Positions 38,171 to 48,055 of a DNA stretch of 64,000 bases are shown here, in pieces. The stretch is from Mucispirillum schaedleri. GTDB taxonomy: Bacteria; Chrysiogenota; Deferribacteres; Deferribacterales; Mucispirillaceae. The notes below the pieces were generated by a model, which saw only the letters and a list, made by a program, of their open reading frames with translations, did no database searches and had not been told where the DNA came from. Position 1 is the first letter of the stretch; every line of letters begins with the position of its first letter. The translations under genes were made by a program, and so were the position numbers. The DNA lies in NCBI GenBank assembly GCA_949287985.1, contig CASEIN010000001.1:1051-65050 (forward strand). The letters are read 5' to 3'.

Positions 38171-39352
38171 ATGAAAAAACAGCGTATTACAAAATTTGTA
38201 TTGATTTTAATTGTTTTCACAGCTATTTTTTCTGGCTGTAAAAAAAAGGAGGAGCAGGCAAAAACTATGCCTCCAACTATAGTTTCCCTAATGACAGTAG
38301 AACAAAAAGATACACCATTTAGAGCCGAATATGTAGGTATTACAGAAGGTTCAAAAGCCGTTGAAGTTCGTGCTCAAGTAGGTGGTATTTTAAGGCAGCG
38401 TCATTATAGAGAAGGCCAGTATGTAAATTTTGGTGATGTGCTTTTTACTATTGAATCAGATACTTATGAAGCAGCATTAAAAACTGCCAAAGGTAATCTT
38501 GATATGGCTAGAGCTCAGCTTAGACAGGCAAAATTAGATTACGACAGATACCAAAATTTATATAAAACAAATTCTATTAGTAAGAAAGATTATGATGCAG
38601 CCTTAGCAGCTTATGAGTCAGCAAAAGCTCAAGTAGAAACTGCACAAGGAACATTAAGTGATTCTAAAATTAAGCTTGGTTATACAAATGTTATAGCACC
38701 AGTTTCAGGCTATACAAGTAAAGCTAATTTTACTGAAGGTAACTTAATATCTACAACAACAACTACACCTTTAACAGTAATTAACCAAATAGACCCAATT
38801 TATGTTAATTTCTCTATTCCTGCTACAACTATGACGCAGCTTAGGCTGCTTGCTATTGATGGTAAAGTTAAAGCAGATGATAATTTAACATCTACAGTTT
38901 ATACAGCAGATAAAACTAAATATCCAGAACAAGGAAAAGTTATATTTTTTGATAAAATAATTACAGCTTCCACTGGTGATATTAAAATAAAAGCAGAATT
39001 TCCAAACCCTGTTACAGCACTTTTACCGGGGCAGTATGTGCGTGCAACTTTAGATGGTTTTACACTTACTAATGCAATAGTTATCCCACAAAAAGCTATT
39101 GTTCAAAGGCAGGGCAAACAGTTTGTAATAGTAGTGGAAAATATGCAAAATGGTGTTGGCCAGCCAAAATTTGTGCCAGTTGATTTAGGCATCAATATGG
39201 GCAATTATTTTCTAGTAAATAGTGGTTTAAAAGCAGGCGATGTTATTGTTGTTGAAGGCAGCAATAAAATTATGAGTGAAAAAGGCACTGTAATGGACGC
39301 AAAAACTATGCAGCAAAACATGTCTGCCGGGCAAAAGCAACAAGCTAAATAA
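38171..39352 (+). CDS. RND efflux periplasmic adaptor (AcrA/MexA-like lipoprotein)
   Basis: Lipobox FSGC. Alpha-hairpin region LDMARAQLRQAKLDYDRYQNL ... AQVETAQGTLSDSKIKLGYT. Directly upstream of the RND pump. Confidence 0.9.
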   Translation: MKKQRITKFVLILIVFTAIFSGCKKKEEQAKTMPPTIVSLMTVEQKDTPFRAEYVGITEGSKAVEVRAQVGGILRQRHYREGQYVNFGDVLFTIESDTYEAALKTAKGNLDMARAQLRQAKLDYDRYQNLYKTNSISKKDYDAALAAYESAKAQVETAQGTLSDSKIKLGYTNVIAPVSGYTSKANFTEGNLISTTTTTPLTVINQIDPIYVNFSIPATTMTQLRLLAIDGKVKADDNLTSTVYTADKTKYPEQGKVIFFDKIITASTGDIKIKAEFPNPVTALLPGQYVRATLDGFTLTNAIVIPQKAIVQRQGKQFVIVVENMQNGVGQPKFVPVDLGINMGNYFLVNSGLKAGDVIVVEGSNKIMSEKGTVMDAKTMQQNMSAGQKQQAK

Positions 39353-39365
39353 TTAAGGAAATAAT

Positions 39366-42300
39366 ATGAATAATAAAGAAGAAATTAAAGCAGGGTTTTT
39401 TATACAGCGCCCTATTTTTGCAACAGTTATATCTATTATTATTACCCTTGTAGGTTTAATAGCTATACAAGTTTTACCAATAGAGCGTTATCCAAACTTA
39501 ACTCCTCCACAAGTATCAGTTTCTGCAAACTATAATGGTGCCGATGCTGAAACTATTGCACAAAATGTGGCTTCCATATTAGAAAGCCAGATTTTTGGTG
39601 TAGAAGATATGATATACATGAATTCTGTATCATCAAGTGCAGGGTATGTAAACGTTACAGTTACTTTTGCCATTGGGACAGACCCAGATTTGGCAACCAT
39701 TAACGTTAATAACAAAGTGCAGACGGCTCTTGCAAGGCTCCCAACAGAAGTGCAGCAGTTAGGTATTACAGTTACAAAACGTAACCCATCTATGCTTATG
39801 CTTGTATCATTAGTATCTGTTGATAACAGTTACAGTAAAGCATACCTTGCAAACTATGCATCATTAAACGTAGTTGACGAGTTAAAACAGGTTAGTGGTG
39901 TAGGTGAAGTTAGTTTATTTGGTAAAGATGATTACTCTATCCGTGTATGGCTTGACCCTAATAAGCTTGCTTATTATAACCTTATACCAGCAGATGTGGC
40001 AAATGTTATTCGCTCTCAAAATGCTCAGTTTGCAGCAGGTTCTTTAGGTGCTGCTCCAATGGAAGGAAAAGCTGATGTTTACTGGCAGGTTCTTCCACCT
40101 GTAAGGTATAGCACACCAGAAGAATTTGGTGAGATTATAGTGCGTTCTAATTCTGACGGCTCATCATTAAGGTTAAAAGACATAGCAAGAATAGAGTTAG
40201 GTGCAGAAACATATGGTGTTGAAAGTAGATATAATGGTCAAATGGCTACAGCTATGGCTATATATTTATCCCCTGATGCTAACGCCCTTGCAACAGCCAA
40301 TGCAGTTAAAGCAAGAGTGGAAGAACTTTCTAAAAACTTCCCTGACGGTATAGAGCACAGGTTTATTTTCGATAATACAAAATTTATTGTAGTTTCTATT
40401 AAAGAAGTTGTTAAAACATTAATAGAAGCATTAATATTAGTTGTAATTATTGTGTATGTTTTCCTGCAAAGCTGGCGAGCTACATTAATTCCTTCCATTG
40501 CAGTTCCAGTATCTATTATAGGAACATTTGCAGGTATGTATGCATTAGGATTTTCTATTAATATATTAACCATGTTTGCAATGGTTTTAGCTATTGGTAT
40601 GGTGGTAGATGATGCTATTATCGTTGTAGAAAACGTAGAACGTCTTATGGCAACAGGGCTTTCTGTAAGGCAGGCAACAGCAAAAGCTATGAATGAGGTA
40701 ACACGTCCTGTTATTGCTGTTGTGCTTGTATTATCTGCCGTATTTATCCCAGTTGCATTTATGGGTGGTTTAGCAGGTGTTATGTATAAGCAGTTTGCCA
40801 TAACCATTGTAATATCAGTTGTAATTTCTGGTATTGTAGCATTAACATTTACTCCAGCATTATGTATGCTTTTACTAAAACATGGTAAAGAACATAAACA
40901 TATATTTCACCGTGGGTTTAACAAAGGTTTTGAGTTTATGACTCAAGGTTACCTGCATGGTGTTAAATTTATACTTCGTAATAATATTATTGCATTAATT
41001 ATGTTTGGTGCTACATTAGGTGGTATTGGTTATTTATTTACTCACATTCCAACAGGGCTTGTTCCTAGTGAAGACCAAGGGGTAGTTATTGCCTTTGTTC
41101 AGCTGCCAGACGGAACTGCTATTGATAGAACTGCAAAATATATGGAAAATTTTGCTAATAAATTAAAGCAGGACCCATCAGTTGAAGGCTTTATGGCATT
41201 AGCTGGTTTTGATATGCTTGCAAGTTCTGTTCGTCCAAATTCTGGTGCTGCATTTATTGACTTAAAGCACTGGGACGAAAGGAAAACTAAAGAGTTATCA
41301 TCTGATGAATTAGTTAAAAGAATTGGTGCTATGGGTTATATGACACCAGAAGGTATCAGTTTTGCATTTAACCCATCTCCAATACCTGGTATGGGTGCAA
41401 CTGGTGGCTTTGAAATGTGGATACAAAACAGAGCAGGGGACAGCACAGATAAACTTTACCAATATGCAATGCAGATTGTAGCAGCTGCTAGAGAGCGTCC
41501 TGAACTTACTGGTGTTAGAACTACTATGAGTATTACAGCACCACAATTACAGCTTGAAGTAGATAAAGAAAAAGCACTTGCAATGGGTGTTTCAATATCT
41601 GATATTTTTTCAGTGCTTTCAGCTACTTTTGGTCAGTCATATGTAAATGACTTTAATCTTTACGGCAGGTCATATAAAGTATATGCTCAAGCAGATGCAG
41701 AATACCGCTCCACTCCAAGTGATTTAGAAAAATTATATGTAAGAAGTGGAAATGGTGATATGGTGCCACTTGCTGCTATGGTATCATACACTGAGAAAGG
41801 CGGGGCTTACGTTATAGAAAGGTATAACAACTTCCCTGCTACTAAAATTATAGGTAATGCAAATGCAGGATACAGCTCAGGTGAAGCAATGGCAGCAATT
41901 GAGCAGGTAGCTAAAGAGATACTTCCACGTGATTACACACTAGGCTGGTCTGGGCAGGCTTATCAAGAAAGAGTATCTTCAGGCAGCACTGTAACAGTAT
42001 TTGTTCTTGCTATGATTATGGTATTTTTAATATTAGCAGCTCAGTATGAAAGCTGGTCACTGCCGTTTGCTGTTGTTATTTCTATTCCGTTTGCAGCATT
42101 AGGTGCAGGGCTTGCTACATATTTAAAAGGATTTTCCAACGATATTTATTTCCAAGTGGCTCTTGTTACACTTGTTGGTTTAGCAGCGAAAAATGCCATA
42201 TTAATAGTAGAGTTTGCCGTTGAAAGATACAGGGCAGGTGGCTGCACATTAGAAGAAGCCGCTTTTACAGGTGCTCAGCTTAGGTTTAGACCAATTATTA

Positions 42301-42509
42301 TGACATCTTTAGCATTTATTTTTGGAACAATTCCACTGGCTGTAAGTTCAGGTGCAGGGGCAGCAAGCCGTAACGTATTAGGTATTGCTGTTGTAGGTGG
42401 TATGATATTTGCAACCATACTTCTGCCACTTTTTGTGCCGTTTTTCTTTAAATGGATTATGTGGATTTCATTAAAACTCTTTCCAGAAAGAAAAGAAGGA
42501 ATAGAATAA
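39366..42509 (+). CDS. RND multidrug efflux transporter (HAE1, AcrB/MexB-like)
   Basis: 1047 aa, 12 TM with two large periplasmic loops. FFIQRPIFATVISI N-terminus and VVDDAIVVVENVER motif. Confidence 0.93.
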   Translation: MNNKEEIKAGFFIQRPIFATVISIIITLVGLIAIQVLPIERYPNLTPPQVSVSANYNGADAETIAQNVASILESQIFGVEDMIYMNSVSSSAGYVNVTVTFAIGTDPDLATINVNNKVQTALARLPTEVQQLGITVTKRNPSMLMLVSLVSVDNSYSKAYLANYASLNVVDELKQVSGVGEVSLFGKDDYSIRVWLDPNKLAYYNLIPADVANVIRSQNAQFAAGSLGAAPMEGKADVYWQVLPPVRYSTPEEFGEIIVRSNSDGSSLRLKDIARIELGAETYGVESRYNGQMATAMAIYLSPDANALATANAVKARVEELSKNFPDGIEHRFIFDNTKFIVVSIKEVVKTLIEALILVVIIVYVFLQSWRATLIPSIAVPVSIIGTFAGMYALGFSINILTMFAMVLAIGMVVDDAIIVVENVERLMATGLSVRQATAKAMNEVTRPVIAVVLVLSAVFIPVAFMGGLAGVMYKQFAITIVISVVISGIVALTFTPALCMLLLKHGKEHKHIFHRGFNKGFEFMTQGYLHGVKFILRNNIIALIMFGATLGGIGYLFTHIPTGLVPSEDQGVVIAFVQLPDGTAIDRTAKYMENFANKLKQDPSVEGFMALAGFDMLASSVRPNSGAAFIDLKHWDERKTKELSSDELVKRIGAMGYMTPEGISFAFNPSPIPGMGATGGFEMWIQNRAGDSTDKLYQYAMQIVAAARERPELTGVRTTMSITAPQLQLEVDKEKALAMGVSISDIFSVLSATFGQSYVNDFNLYGRSYKVYAQADAEYRSTPSDLEKLYVRSGNGDMVPLAAMVSYTEKGGAYVIERYNNFPATKIIGNANAGYSSGEAMAAIEQVAKEILPRDYTLGWSGQAYQERVSSGSTVTVFVLAMIMVFLILAAQYESWSLPFAVVISIPFAALGAGLATYLKGFSNDIYFQVALVTLVGLAAKNAILIVEFAVERYRAGGCTLEEAAFTGAQLRFRPIIMTSLAFIFGTIPLAVSSGAGAASRNVLGIAVVGGMIFATILLPLFVPFFFKWIMWISLKLFPERKEGIE

Positions 42510-42514
42510 ATAAA

Positions 42515-42537
42515 AACCCCCTGTTACACAGGGGGTT
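42515..42537. terminator. bidirectional terminator
   Basis: AACCCCCTGT / ACAGGGGGTT perfect 10-bp stem between convergent genes. Confidence 0.7.
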
Positions 42538-42562
42538 ACTTGCTTAAAAAATAAAAATTATT

Positions 42563-43093
42563 TTAATATTTATTATAGTGGACTTTAGTGCTGTCATATC
42601 TATCAACAAATTTATTGCTTTCATTTGAATATCCAATAGCAATAACAGCAAAAGGAATAATATGTTCTGGAATATTGAAATGTTTTTGTAAGCCTTTAAT
42701 ACGCACTTCATCAGGGTAAGAACCAATCCATACACCACCAAGCCCTAATTTTGCTGTTTGAAGAAGAATATTTTGAGTAGCAGCAGATACATCTAAAGGA
42801 TACCATAATGTTCCATTTTCACCTTTGTATGAAGTTTTTTCATTACCCATTGCAATAATTACAAGTGGTGCTTTTGCTGCTAGAGCAAAGTGCTTATCAA
42901 GAGGTGCAATACTGTTTATAATATCTTCATCATCAAGGACTAGAAATTCCCAAGGCTGTTTATTACAGGAAGATGGAGCCTGCATAGCAGCTTTTAAAAT
43001 AAGCTCCACTTTCTCACTTTCTACCTTTTTTTCTTTTATAAATGAACGAATAGAGCGGCGTGTAAAAATTATATTATTCTCAATATTTTCCAT
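42563..43093 (-). CDS. NAD(P)H nitroreductase family protein
   Basis: RRSIRSF N-terminal motif, APSSCNKQPWEF, and the GYSNES-type C-terminus of the nitroreductase fold. Confidence 0.85.
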   Translation of the reverse strand: MENIENNIIFTRRSIRSFIKEKKVESEKVELILKAAMQAPSSCNKQPWEFLVLDDEDIINSIAPLDKHFALAAKAPLVIIAMGNEKTSYKGENGTLWYPLDVSAATQNILLQTAKLGLGGVWIGSYPDEVRIKGLQKHFNIPEHIIPFAVIAIGYSNESNKFVDRYDSTKVHYNKY

Positions 43094-43212
43094 AGTGTAA
43101 CCTCATATTTTATTTGTATGACTATTATCTAAAAATAATAAAAGAATATCAAGAGAAAAATGTATGTATTATTTGAAAAAAATATGGTATAAATAAAGTT
43201 GAGGTAAATAAA

Positions 43213-43812
43213 ATGAAGTTTTTATTAGGATTATTTGTCTTTTTATTTTTTATACTGGGAATTTCAGCGTTGATAGGTATATGGGTTATAAAAGGAATAT
43301 ATAACTTCTTTTCTGGTATTTTTAAAAACCCTGCTCAAGATGATAGATTTTATTCAAAAAAACAGGAAAATAATGCTGATAATTCTGTTATTATTGAAGG
43401 CGAAGTTGTAAAAGAAAGTGTTATTGAAAAATATATAAAAGAAATAAATCAATCAAAAATTGGTTTAGATAGTGATGTGGCTTCTGCCTTATCATCTTTA
43501 ACTGATATTATGAAAAAAATGGACAGTTATATTTCAAACCATCAAAATAATGAAAAAGATATTAAAGTAATGACAGAGCATTATATACCAGAACTTTTAA
43601 AGCACATTAAAGTATTTAAAGAGTTAAGTTCTGGCAGTTTTAAAAGTGTCCATAATGATGATATTAAACATGAGCTTTTAGAAACTATAAGTATGATAAC
43701 TAATGCATATTCAACTGTTCTTTCAGAATTTTATGACAGTATGGCGCTTTCTGTATCATCATCTTTAGAAGCTATAAAATCAAGTATAAAATTAAAGGGA
43801 TATGTTAAGTAA
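43213..43812 (+). CDS. XpaC-like membrane protein (TelA-associated family)
   Basis: N-terminal hydrophobic anchor and a helical C-terminal domain ending FYDSMALSVSSSLEAIKSSIKLKGYVK. The call is by architecture and linkage to telA; I recall the xpaC-yaaN pair of Bacillus. Confidence 0.5.
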   Translation: MKFLLGLFVFLFFILGISALIGIWVIKGIYNFFSGIFKNPAQDDRFYSKKQENNADNSVIIEGEVVKESVIEKYIKEINQSKIGLDSDVASALSSLTDIMKKMDSYISNHQNNEKDIKVMTEHYIPELLKHIKVFKELSSGSFKSVHNDDIKHELLETISMITNAYSTVLSEFYDSMALSVSSSLEAIKSSIKLKGYVK

Positions 43813-43851
43813 AATATAAAAATAAGGGAGTTTAAAATATTATATAATCAA

Positions 43852-44289
43852 TAGTGGCAAGTTTAGACAACTGCATAATTATACATTACAGACAACAAGT
43901 GATAATATTCATATAAAAGAAATTAAAAGTTTACCATTTGATTTTGATAGTGATATAAATAAAACTTTATTTTAGTTGTTAGATTTATAAATAGTATTAA
44001 TAATTATCTCAAAGAGCATATATCTAAAATTAACGAAATAGAAGTTATGGCAGATTATTATATTTGTGAGCTTGTAAAAAACCTTAATATATATCTGCAA
44101 ATATATAAAAGTAATAAAAATAGTATACAGCTTGGAAAAATAAAGCCAGAAATTATTAAAACCATTGGAATCATCAATAATGCCTTTTCAATAATATTAG
44201 CAGAATTTTATGATAATATGGCACTTTCAGTATCATCTTCTCTTGAAGCAGTAAACCAAAGTATAAAATTAAAAGGTTATATAAAATAG
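43852..44289 (+). pseudogene. XpaC-like paralog, 5'-truncated and frameshifted
   Basis: 43852-43974 reads ...DNIHIKEIKSLPFDFDSDINKTLF* (homologous to IKEINQSKIGLDSDVASAL of the upstream gene). After a frame change it reads ...INSINNYLKEHISKINEIEVMADYYICELV...FYDNMALSVSSSLEAVNQSIKLKGYIK. There is no TM anchor, and no start follows the AAGGGAG SD at 43824. Confidence 0.6.
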
Positions 44290-44373
44290 GTAATATTGTA
44301 TATTCTAGTATTTGATTTTTTTAAAAATATATGTTAAAAATACTAGTATAATTTTGTATATTAAGGTGCATTT

Positions 44374-45255
44374 GTGTATAATTTAGATGATGAAAGCTCT
44401 GCTTTTGGCAGGCTTGGCAGTATGACGGCAGTTATACTTATATTTGCAGGGTTTGCTTTAATAATATTTTCTATTATAACATTTAATAGTATTTTATTAA
44501 TCACATGCTGTTTTTTACCGGGAACAGGTTTAATTATATATGGTTTTTTAATATTTTCTCGCTATATTAGAGCATTAAAGTATTATAATATATATATGTC
44601 TGGCTCTGAAACTTTGCAGGATTTTTCTGATATATTAATGGATTCTAAACGCAATATTAGAAAAGATATTGCAAAAATGGCACAGCTTGGGATAATGCCT
44701 AATGCACATTTTAACAGTGATGATGTGCTTGTTTTTACTGCTGATAATCTTGGTAAAAATGTAATTGATGTGGAAGTAGAAGAAAGCAGAAATGAAAGTA
44801 ATGTAGTAAAACAGCAGGAAAATGTATCTACTAACCAGTGGAAAAGTTACATTAAAACCATAAAAGAGGCAGAAAGCGAGTTTAAATCTCAAGATATTTC
44901 TTTTAGTTTATACAGGCTTTCAAAAGTAGTGGAAAAGGTTATAGATTACCTTGAAAAACATCCAGAAAAAGAAAAAGATGTTAAAAAATTAATGGAATTT
45001 CATCTGCCTTCTACTGTTAAATTAATATTATCATACAGGGAGCTGGATAAGTCTGGCATTAACACATTTAATATAGAAAAAACAAAGGAAGAAATAGTTT
45101 CTGCCTGTGATAAAATCCATGAAGCATTTAGTGGTGTATTAGAAGATTTATATAATGATAAAGCCATAGATGTATCAACTGATATACAGGTTTTAAAAAT
45201 GATGTTATCTCGTGAAGGGTTTTTAGATAGAGATGTATTTAAGCAAAATAAATAA
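44374..45255 (+). CDS. XpaC-like membrane protein (long form)
   Basis: GTG start with AAGGTG SD. Two N-terminal TM helices. The C-terminal helical domain (HLPSTVKLILSYRELD ... LEDLYNDKAIDVSTDIQVLKMML) is related to the two upstream copies. Immediately upstream of telA. Confidence 0.55.
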   Translation: MYNLDDESSAFGRLGSMTAVILIFAGFALIIFSIITFNSILLITCCFLPGTGLIIYGFLIFSRYIRALKYYNIYMSGSETLQDFSDILMDSKRNIRKDIAKMAQLGIMPNAHFNSDDVLVFTADNLGKNVIDVEVEESRNESNVVKQQENVSTNQWKSYIKTIKEAESEFKSQDISFSLYRLSKVVEKVIDYLEKHPEKEKDVKKLMEFHLPSTVKLILSYRELDKSGINTFNIEKTKEEIVSACDKIHEAFSGVLEDLYNDKAIDVSTDIQVLKMMLSREGFLDRDVFKQNK

Positions 45256-45269
45256 TTAAAGGTGATATA

Positions 45270-46421
45270 ATGGAAGAAAAAAAAGAAACAGCATTAGAAG
45301 AAGTAAATAATACCATTAATAATATTAATAGAGAAATAGCAAGCCACACATCAAAAATGGCACCAAAATTAGATATGGAACCATTAACTGATGATGAATT
45401 AAAGCAGATAGAAAATTATGCAGCATCTATTGATATTCATAATACAAGCACAGTAATATCATATGGTGCTGCTGCTCAAAGAAAGGTGGCAGAATTTTCT
45501 GAAAACGCACTGGGTAACGTAACATCAAAAGATTTAGGTGCAGTAGGGGAAGCATTAACAAGTGTTATAACTGAGCTTAAAGGTTTTGAAATAGATAAGG
45601 AAGAAAAAGGTTTTTTTAGCTTTTTCAAACGCAGTGCCAAAAAAGGTGCTAATAAAATGATGGCTTTAAAAACAAGCTACGAAAAAGCCGATGCAAATAT
45701 CGAAAAAGTAGTGCAGGTATTAGAAAACCACCAAATTACACTACTTAAAGATGTAGCAATGCTTGATAAATTATATGAGTTAAATAAAAGCTATTTTAAA
45801 GAGTTAACAATGTATATAGAGGCTGGTAAGAAAAAACTAGCATCTATTCAAGATACTGAGTTAAAAGATTTAAGAGAAAAAGCTCAAAAATCAGGACTGC
45901 CAGAAGATGCTCAAGCAGTTAAAGATTTACTTGATTTATACAGCAGATTTGAAAAGAAAATACATGATTTAGAGCTTACAAGAACAATATCATTACAAAT
46001 GGGACCACAAATTAGAATGATACAAAGTAATGATATTCAAATGAGTGAAAAAATACAGTCAACCATAGTAAATACAATACCTTTATGGAAAAGCCAAATG
46101 GTGCTGGCAATTGGTATAACACATTCTCAAGATGCAGCAAAAGCTCACAGAGAAGTTACAGATATGACAAATAAACTGCTTACAAAAAATGCAGAAACTC
46201 TAAAAATGGCAACTGTTGAAACTGCTAAAGAAACAGAAAGAGGCATTGTGGATATAGAAACATTAAAAACTACAAATGCAAGCCTTATAACAACTTTAGA
46301 TGAAGTATTAAAAATTCAAGAGCAGGGCAGGCAGGGCAGACAAAAAGCAGAAGCAGAGCTTGTTAAAATTGAAAATGAATTAAAAAATAAACTTATGGGT
46401 TTGGCTAATAAGTCAGAATAA
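45270..46421 (+). CDS. telA: TelA/YaaN-family toxic anion resistance protein
   Basis: 383-aa all-helical protein with the length and pattern of TelA (… ISYGAAAQRKVAEFSE … LDKLYELNKSYFKEL … LTRTISLQMGPQIRMIQSND …). Confidence 0.75.
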   Translation: MEEKKETALEEVNNTINNINREIASHTSKMAPKLDMEPLTDDELKQIENYAASIDIHNTSTVISYGAAAQRKVAEFSENALGNVTSKDLGAVGEALTSVITELKGFEIDKEEKGFFSFFKRSAKKGANKMMALKTSYEKADANIEKVVQVLENHQITLLKDVAMLDKLYELNKSYFKELTMYIEAGKKKLASIQDTELKDLREKAQKSGLPEDAQAVKDLLDLYSRFEKKIHDLELTRTISLQMGPQIRMIQSNDIQMSEKIQSTIVNTIPLWKSQMVLAIGITHSQDAAKAHREVTDMTNKLLTKNAETLKMATVETAKETERGIVDIETLKTTNASLITTLDEVLKIQEQGRQGRQKAEAELVKIENELKNKLMGLANKSE

Positions 46422-46454
46422 TTTTATACATCAATAATTAAGGGGAGATTTATT

Positions 46455-46898
46455 ATGAAAAAATCCATTTTATTTTTAATTTTGTTTACATTTTTATCTG
46501 TAAATCTTTATGCAGAAGAACTGCATTATCATGAGGAAATGTTTTGTTTAAAACCAGATGGAACACCTAATGGAGAAACTTCTGTTCAAGATGGTGTTAC
46601 TTATATTACTGTTCCAGATGGAGCAGGGCAAAGCAGCGATGAAATAAAAAAACAATCACTACAGGAAGTTTATGCTCAATATGCAAAATTTAATGAATTA
46701 CCTGCAGAAATTCCAAGCAAAAAAACAACGTATAATCTTCATGATGGTGCATTAGTTATTGAAGTTGAGCCTGTATCAAAAACTCAAGTTTTAATCACTT
46801 TCTTTCATAGAGAAGCATCTACTCGTGAGCCAGTATTATTAACATACTACCCTGATAAAAAAATCACTCGTGAAACTTACTGTGTTGATTTACCATAG
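46455..46898 (+). CDS. secreted 147-aa protein, unknown function
   Basis: Signal peptide MKKSILFLILFTFLSVNLYA. GGGGAG SD. Confidence 0.6.
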   Translation: MKKSILFLILFTFLSVNLYAEELHYHEEMFCLKPDGTPNGETSVQDGVTYITVPDGAGQSSDEIKKQSLQEVYAQYAKFNELPAEIPSKKTTYNLHDGALVIEVEPVSKTQVLITFFHREASTREPVLLTYYPDKKITRETYCVDLP

Positions 46899-46931
46899 AG
46901 AGATATTGTATTGATAACTAAAAAGAATAAC

Positions 46932-46966
46932 ACCCCAGATATTTAAAGTATTTGGGGTATTTTTTA
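46932..46966. terminator. terminator between convergent genes
   Basis: ACCCCA (46932-37) pairs with TGGGGT (46953-58), then ATTTTTTAA. Confidence 0.55.
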
Positions 46967-47002
46967 ATTACAGTTTAAAATATATTAAGTAAGATACTAA
47001 AT

Positions 47003-47272
47003 TTATTGAAAATTTTTATAGATTTCACCTCTATTGCCTGCTGTAATAACTTCTATAATAATTTCTTCATTAATTATTTTATATATAACACGATATTTTT
47101 GTATTCTCATTCTATATATATTATTATAATTTTTCATAGCTTTTATATCAATATTTGTATTATTGTTATTATAAACAGATTTTAAATTATTAATAAATTT
47201 ATTATATATATCACTATGTTTTTTGAAAAATTTATTGGCAGAATTGGATAAATTAATTATGATTTTTTTCAT
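47003..47272 (-). CDS. type II toxin, RelE/ParE superfamily
   Basis: 89 aa. IYRMRIQKYRVIYKIINEEIIIEVITAGNRGEIY matches the RelE/StbE C-terminal pattern. 4-nt overlap with the upstream antitoxin gene. Confidence 0.8.
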   Translation of the reverse strand: MKKIIINLSNSANKFFKKHSDIYNKFINNLKSVYNNNNTNIDIKAMKNYNNIYRMRIQKYRVIYKIINEEIIIEVITAGNRGEIYKNFQ

Positions 47273-47553
47273 AACTCTATAATATCACGTTTTACAATTT
47301 TAATATCATCATCGGTTAGTTTATTAAGTAATTGAGTTATTTCTTTTTCCTCTGTATCATCACAATATTCCACATTTGAAAGCCTTACAATAAAGTCATT
47401 TTTTTTATCTTCTAATTCTTTAATAACAGCATTTCTAATAAATTCAGAAGAAGATACATTAAATAAATTTGAAACACGCTTAATATTATTAAATAACTCA
47501 TCGTCTATTTTAAGGCTGATTGTTTTAGACATCATTTGCTCCAGTATTATCAT
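47269..47553 (-). CDS. type II antitoxin, ribbon-helix-helix (CopG-like)
   Basis: TISLKIDDELFNNIKRVSNLFNVSSSEFIRNAVIKELE is an RHH fold pattern. Translationally coupled to the toxin. Confidence 0.75.
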   Translation of the reverse strand: MIILEQMMSKTISLKIDDELFNNIKRVSNLFNVSSSEFIRNAVIKELEDKKNDFIVRLSNVEYCDDTEEKEITQLLNKLTDDDIKIVKRDIIEL

Positions 47554-47568
47554 ATTATTGTAATACTA

Positions 47569-47587
47569 ATATAATATGATATTATAT
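47569..47587. promoter_or_regulatory. perfect 9-bp-arm palindrome upstream of the TA operon (candidate operator)
   Basis: ATATAATAT-G-ATATTATAT, 16 nt upstream of the antitoxin start. All-AT, so a chance occurrence is possible. Confidence 0.3.
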
Positions 47588-47611
47588 ATAATTCAAGTAA
47601 TAACTTGATTA

Positions 47612-48055
47612 TTAAATCTTTTTTCTTAAAACTTCCATATCTTTTAAAAGTATGCCGTTATCAATTACAGGGTGAGAGTAATTATCTACAAAGAAGTTTT
47701 TGATTGTTCTATGGTAAATGTAGCCACGCTTTTCATAATAAGGCACTAAGGGGAAACCAGTGCCTATTTCCATATACTTTCCCCCTAAAAGTTTTGCCTG
47801 ATTTTCAGCATGATTAATTAAAATACTGCCGATACCTTTTTTTTGATGAGCTTCTTTTACTGCTAAATTTACAAGCTCAAAAACATGGTTTTCTTTTTCT
47901 ATAATTAAATAAACACCTACAAGCTCACTATCTTCATAAGCTCCGAAAAGCATTCCTTCTAATAAGTAATTATCCACATTCCTTTTTTCAGGGTCTGCAT
48001 CTAATAATAAATCATAAGGGGTATGCAATTCAATACAGGGGCATATAATTATCAA
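47612..48055 (-). CDS. GNAT family N-acetyltransferase
   Basis: NLAVKEAHQKKGIGSILINH acetyl-CoA motif. Its start overlaps the stop of the NYN gene by 4 nt. Confidence 0.8.
   Translation of the reverse strand: MIIICPCIELHTPYDLLLDADPEKRNVDNYLLEGMLFGAYEDSELVGVYLIIEKENHVFELVNLAVKEAHQKKGIGSILINHAENQAKLLGGKYMEIGTGFPLVPYYEKRGYIYHRTIKNFFVDNYSHPVIDNGILLKDMEVLRKKI

Noticed and set aside
40238-40807. A 189-aa antisense ORF lies inside the RND pump gene. Many other ORF-track entries lie opposite or inside confident genes, for example 609-797, 1912-2205, 5342-5837, 7117-7305, 8986-9180, 16278-16556, 22197-22406, 22384-22740, 22418-22732, 36481-36834, 42825-43100 and 50483-50719.
   Set aside because: They overlap strongly supported CDSs on the other strand or in another frame. 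They have no SD and show low-complexity or repeat-derived composition. I treated them as spurious.
38171-42509. The RND pump pair looks GC-richer than its neighbours and lacks an adjacent outer-membrane factor or TetR regulator. This could indicate horizontal acquisition.
   Set aside because: I did not compute composition. Membrane proteins rich in Ala, Gly and Val raise local GC on their own. Unlinked TolC-type genes are common. There is no mobility gene or repeat boundary.
47612-48055. The GNAT next to an RHH antitoxin gene could be a TacT/AtaT-type GNAT toxin.
   Set aside because: The RHH gene is translationally coupled to the RelE-like toxin, not to the GNAT. The GNAT is coupled by a 4-nt overlap to the NYN gene and separated from the TA pair by a hairpin (TCAAGT-AATA-ACTTGA, 47593-47608).
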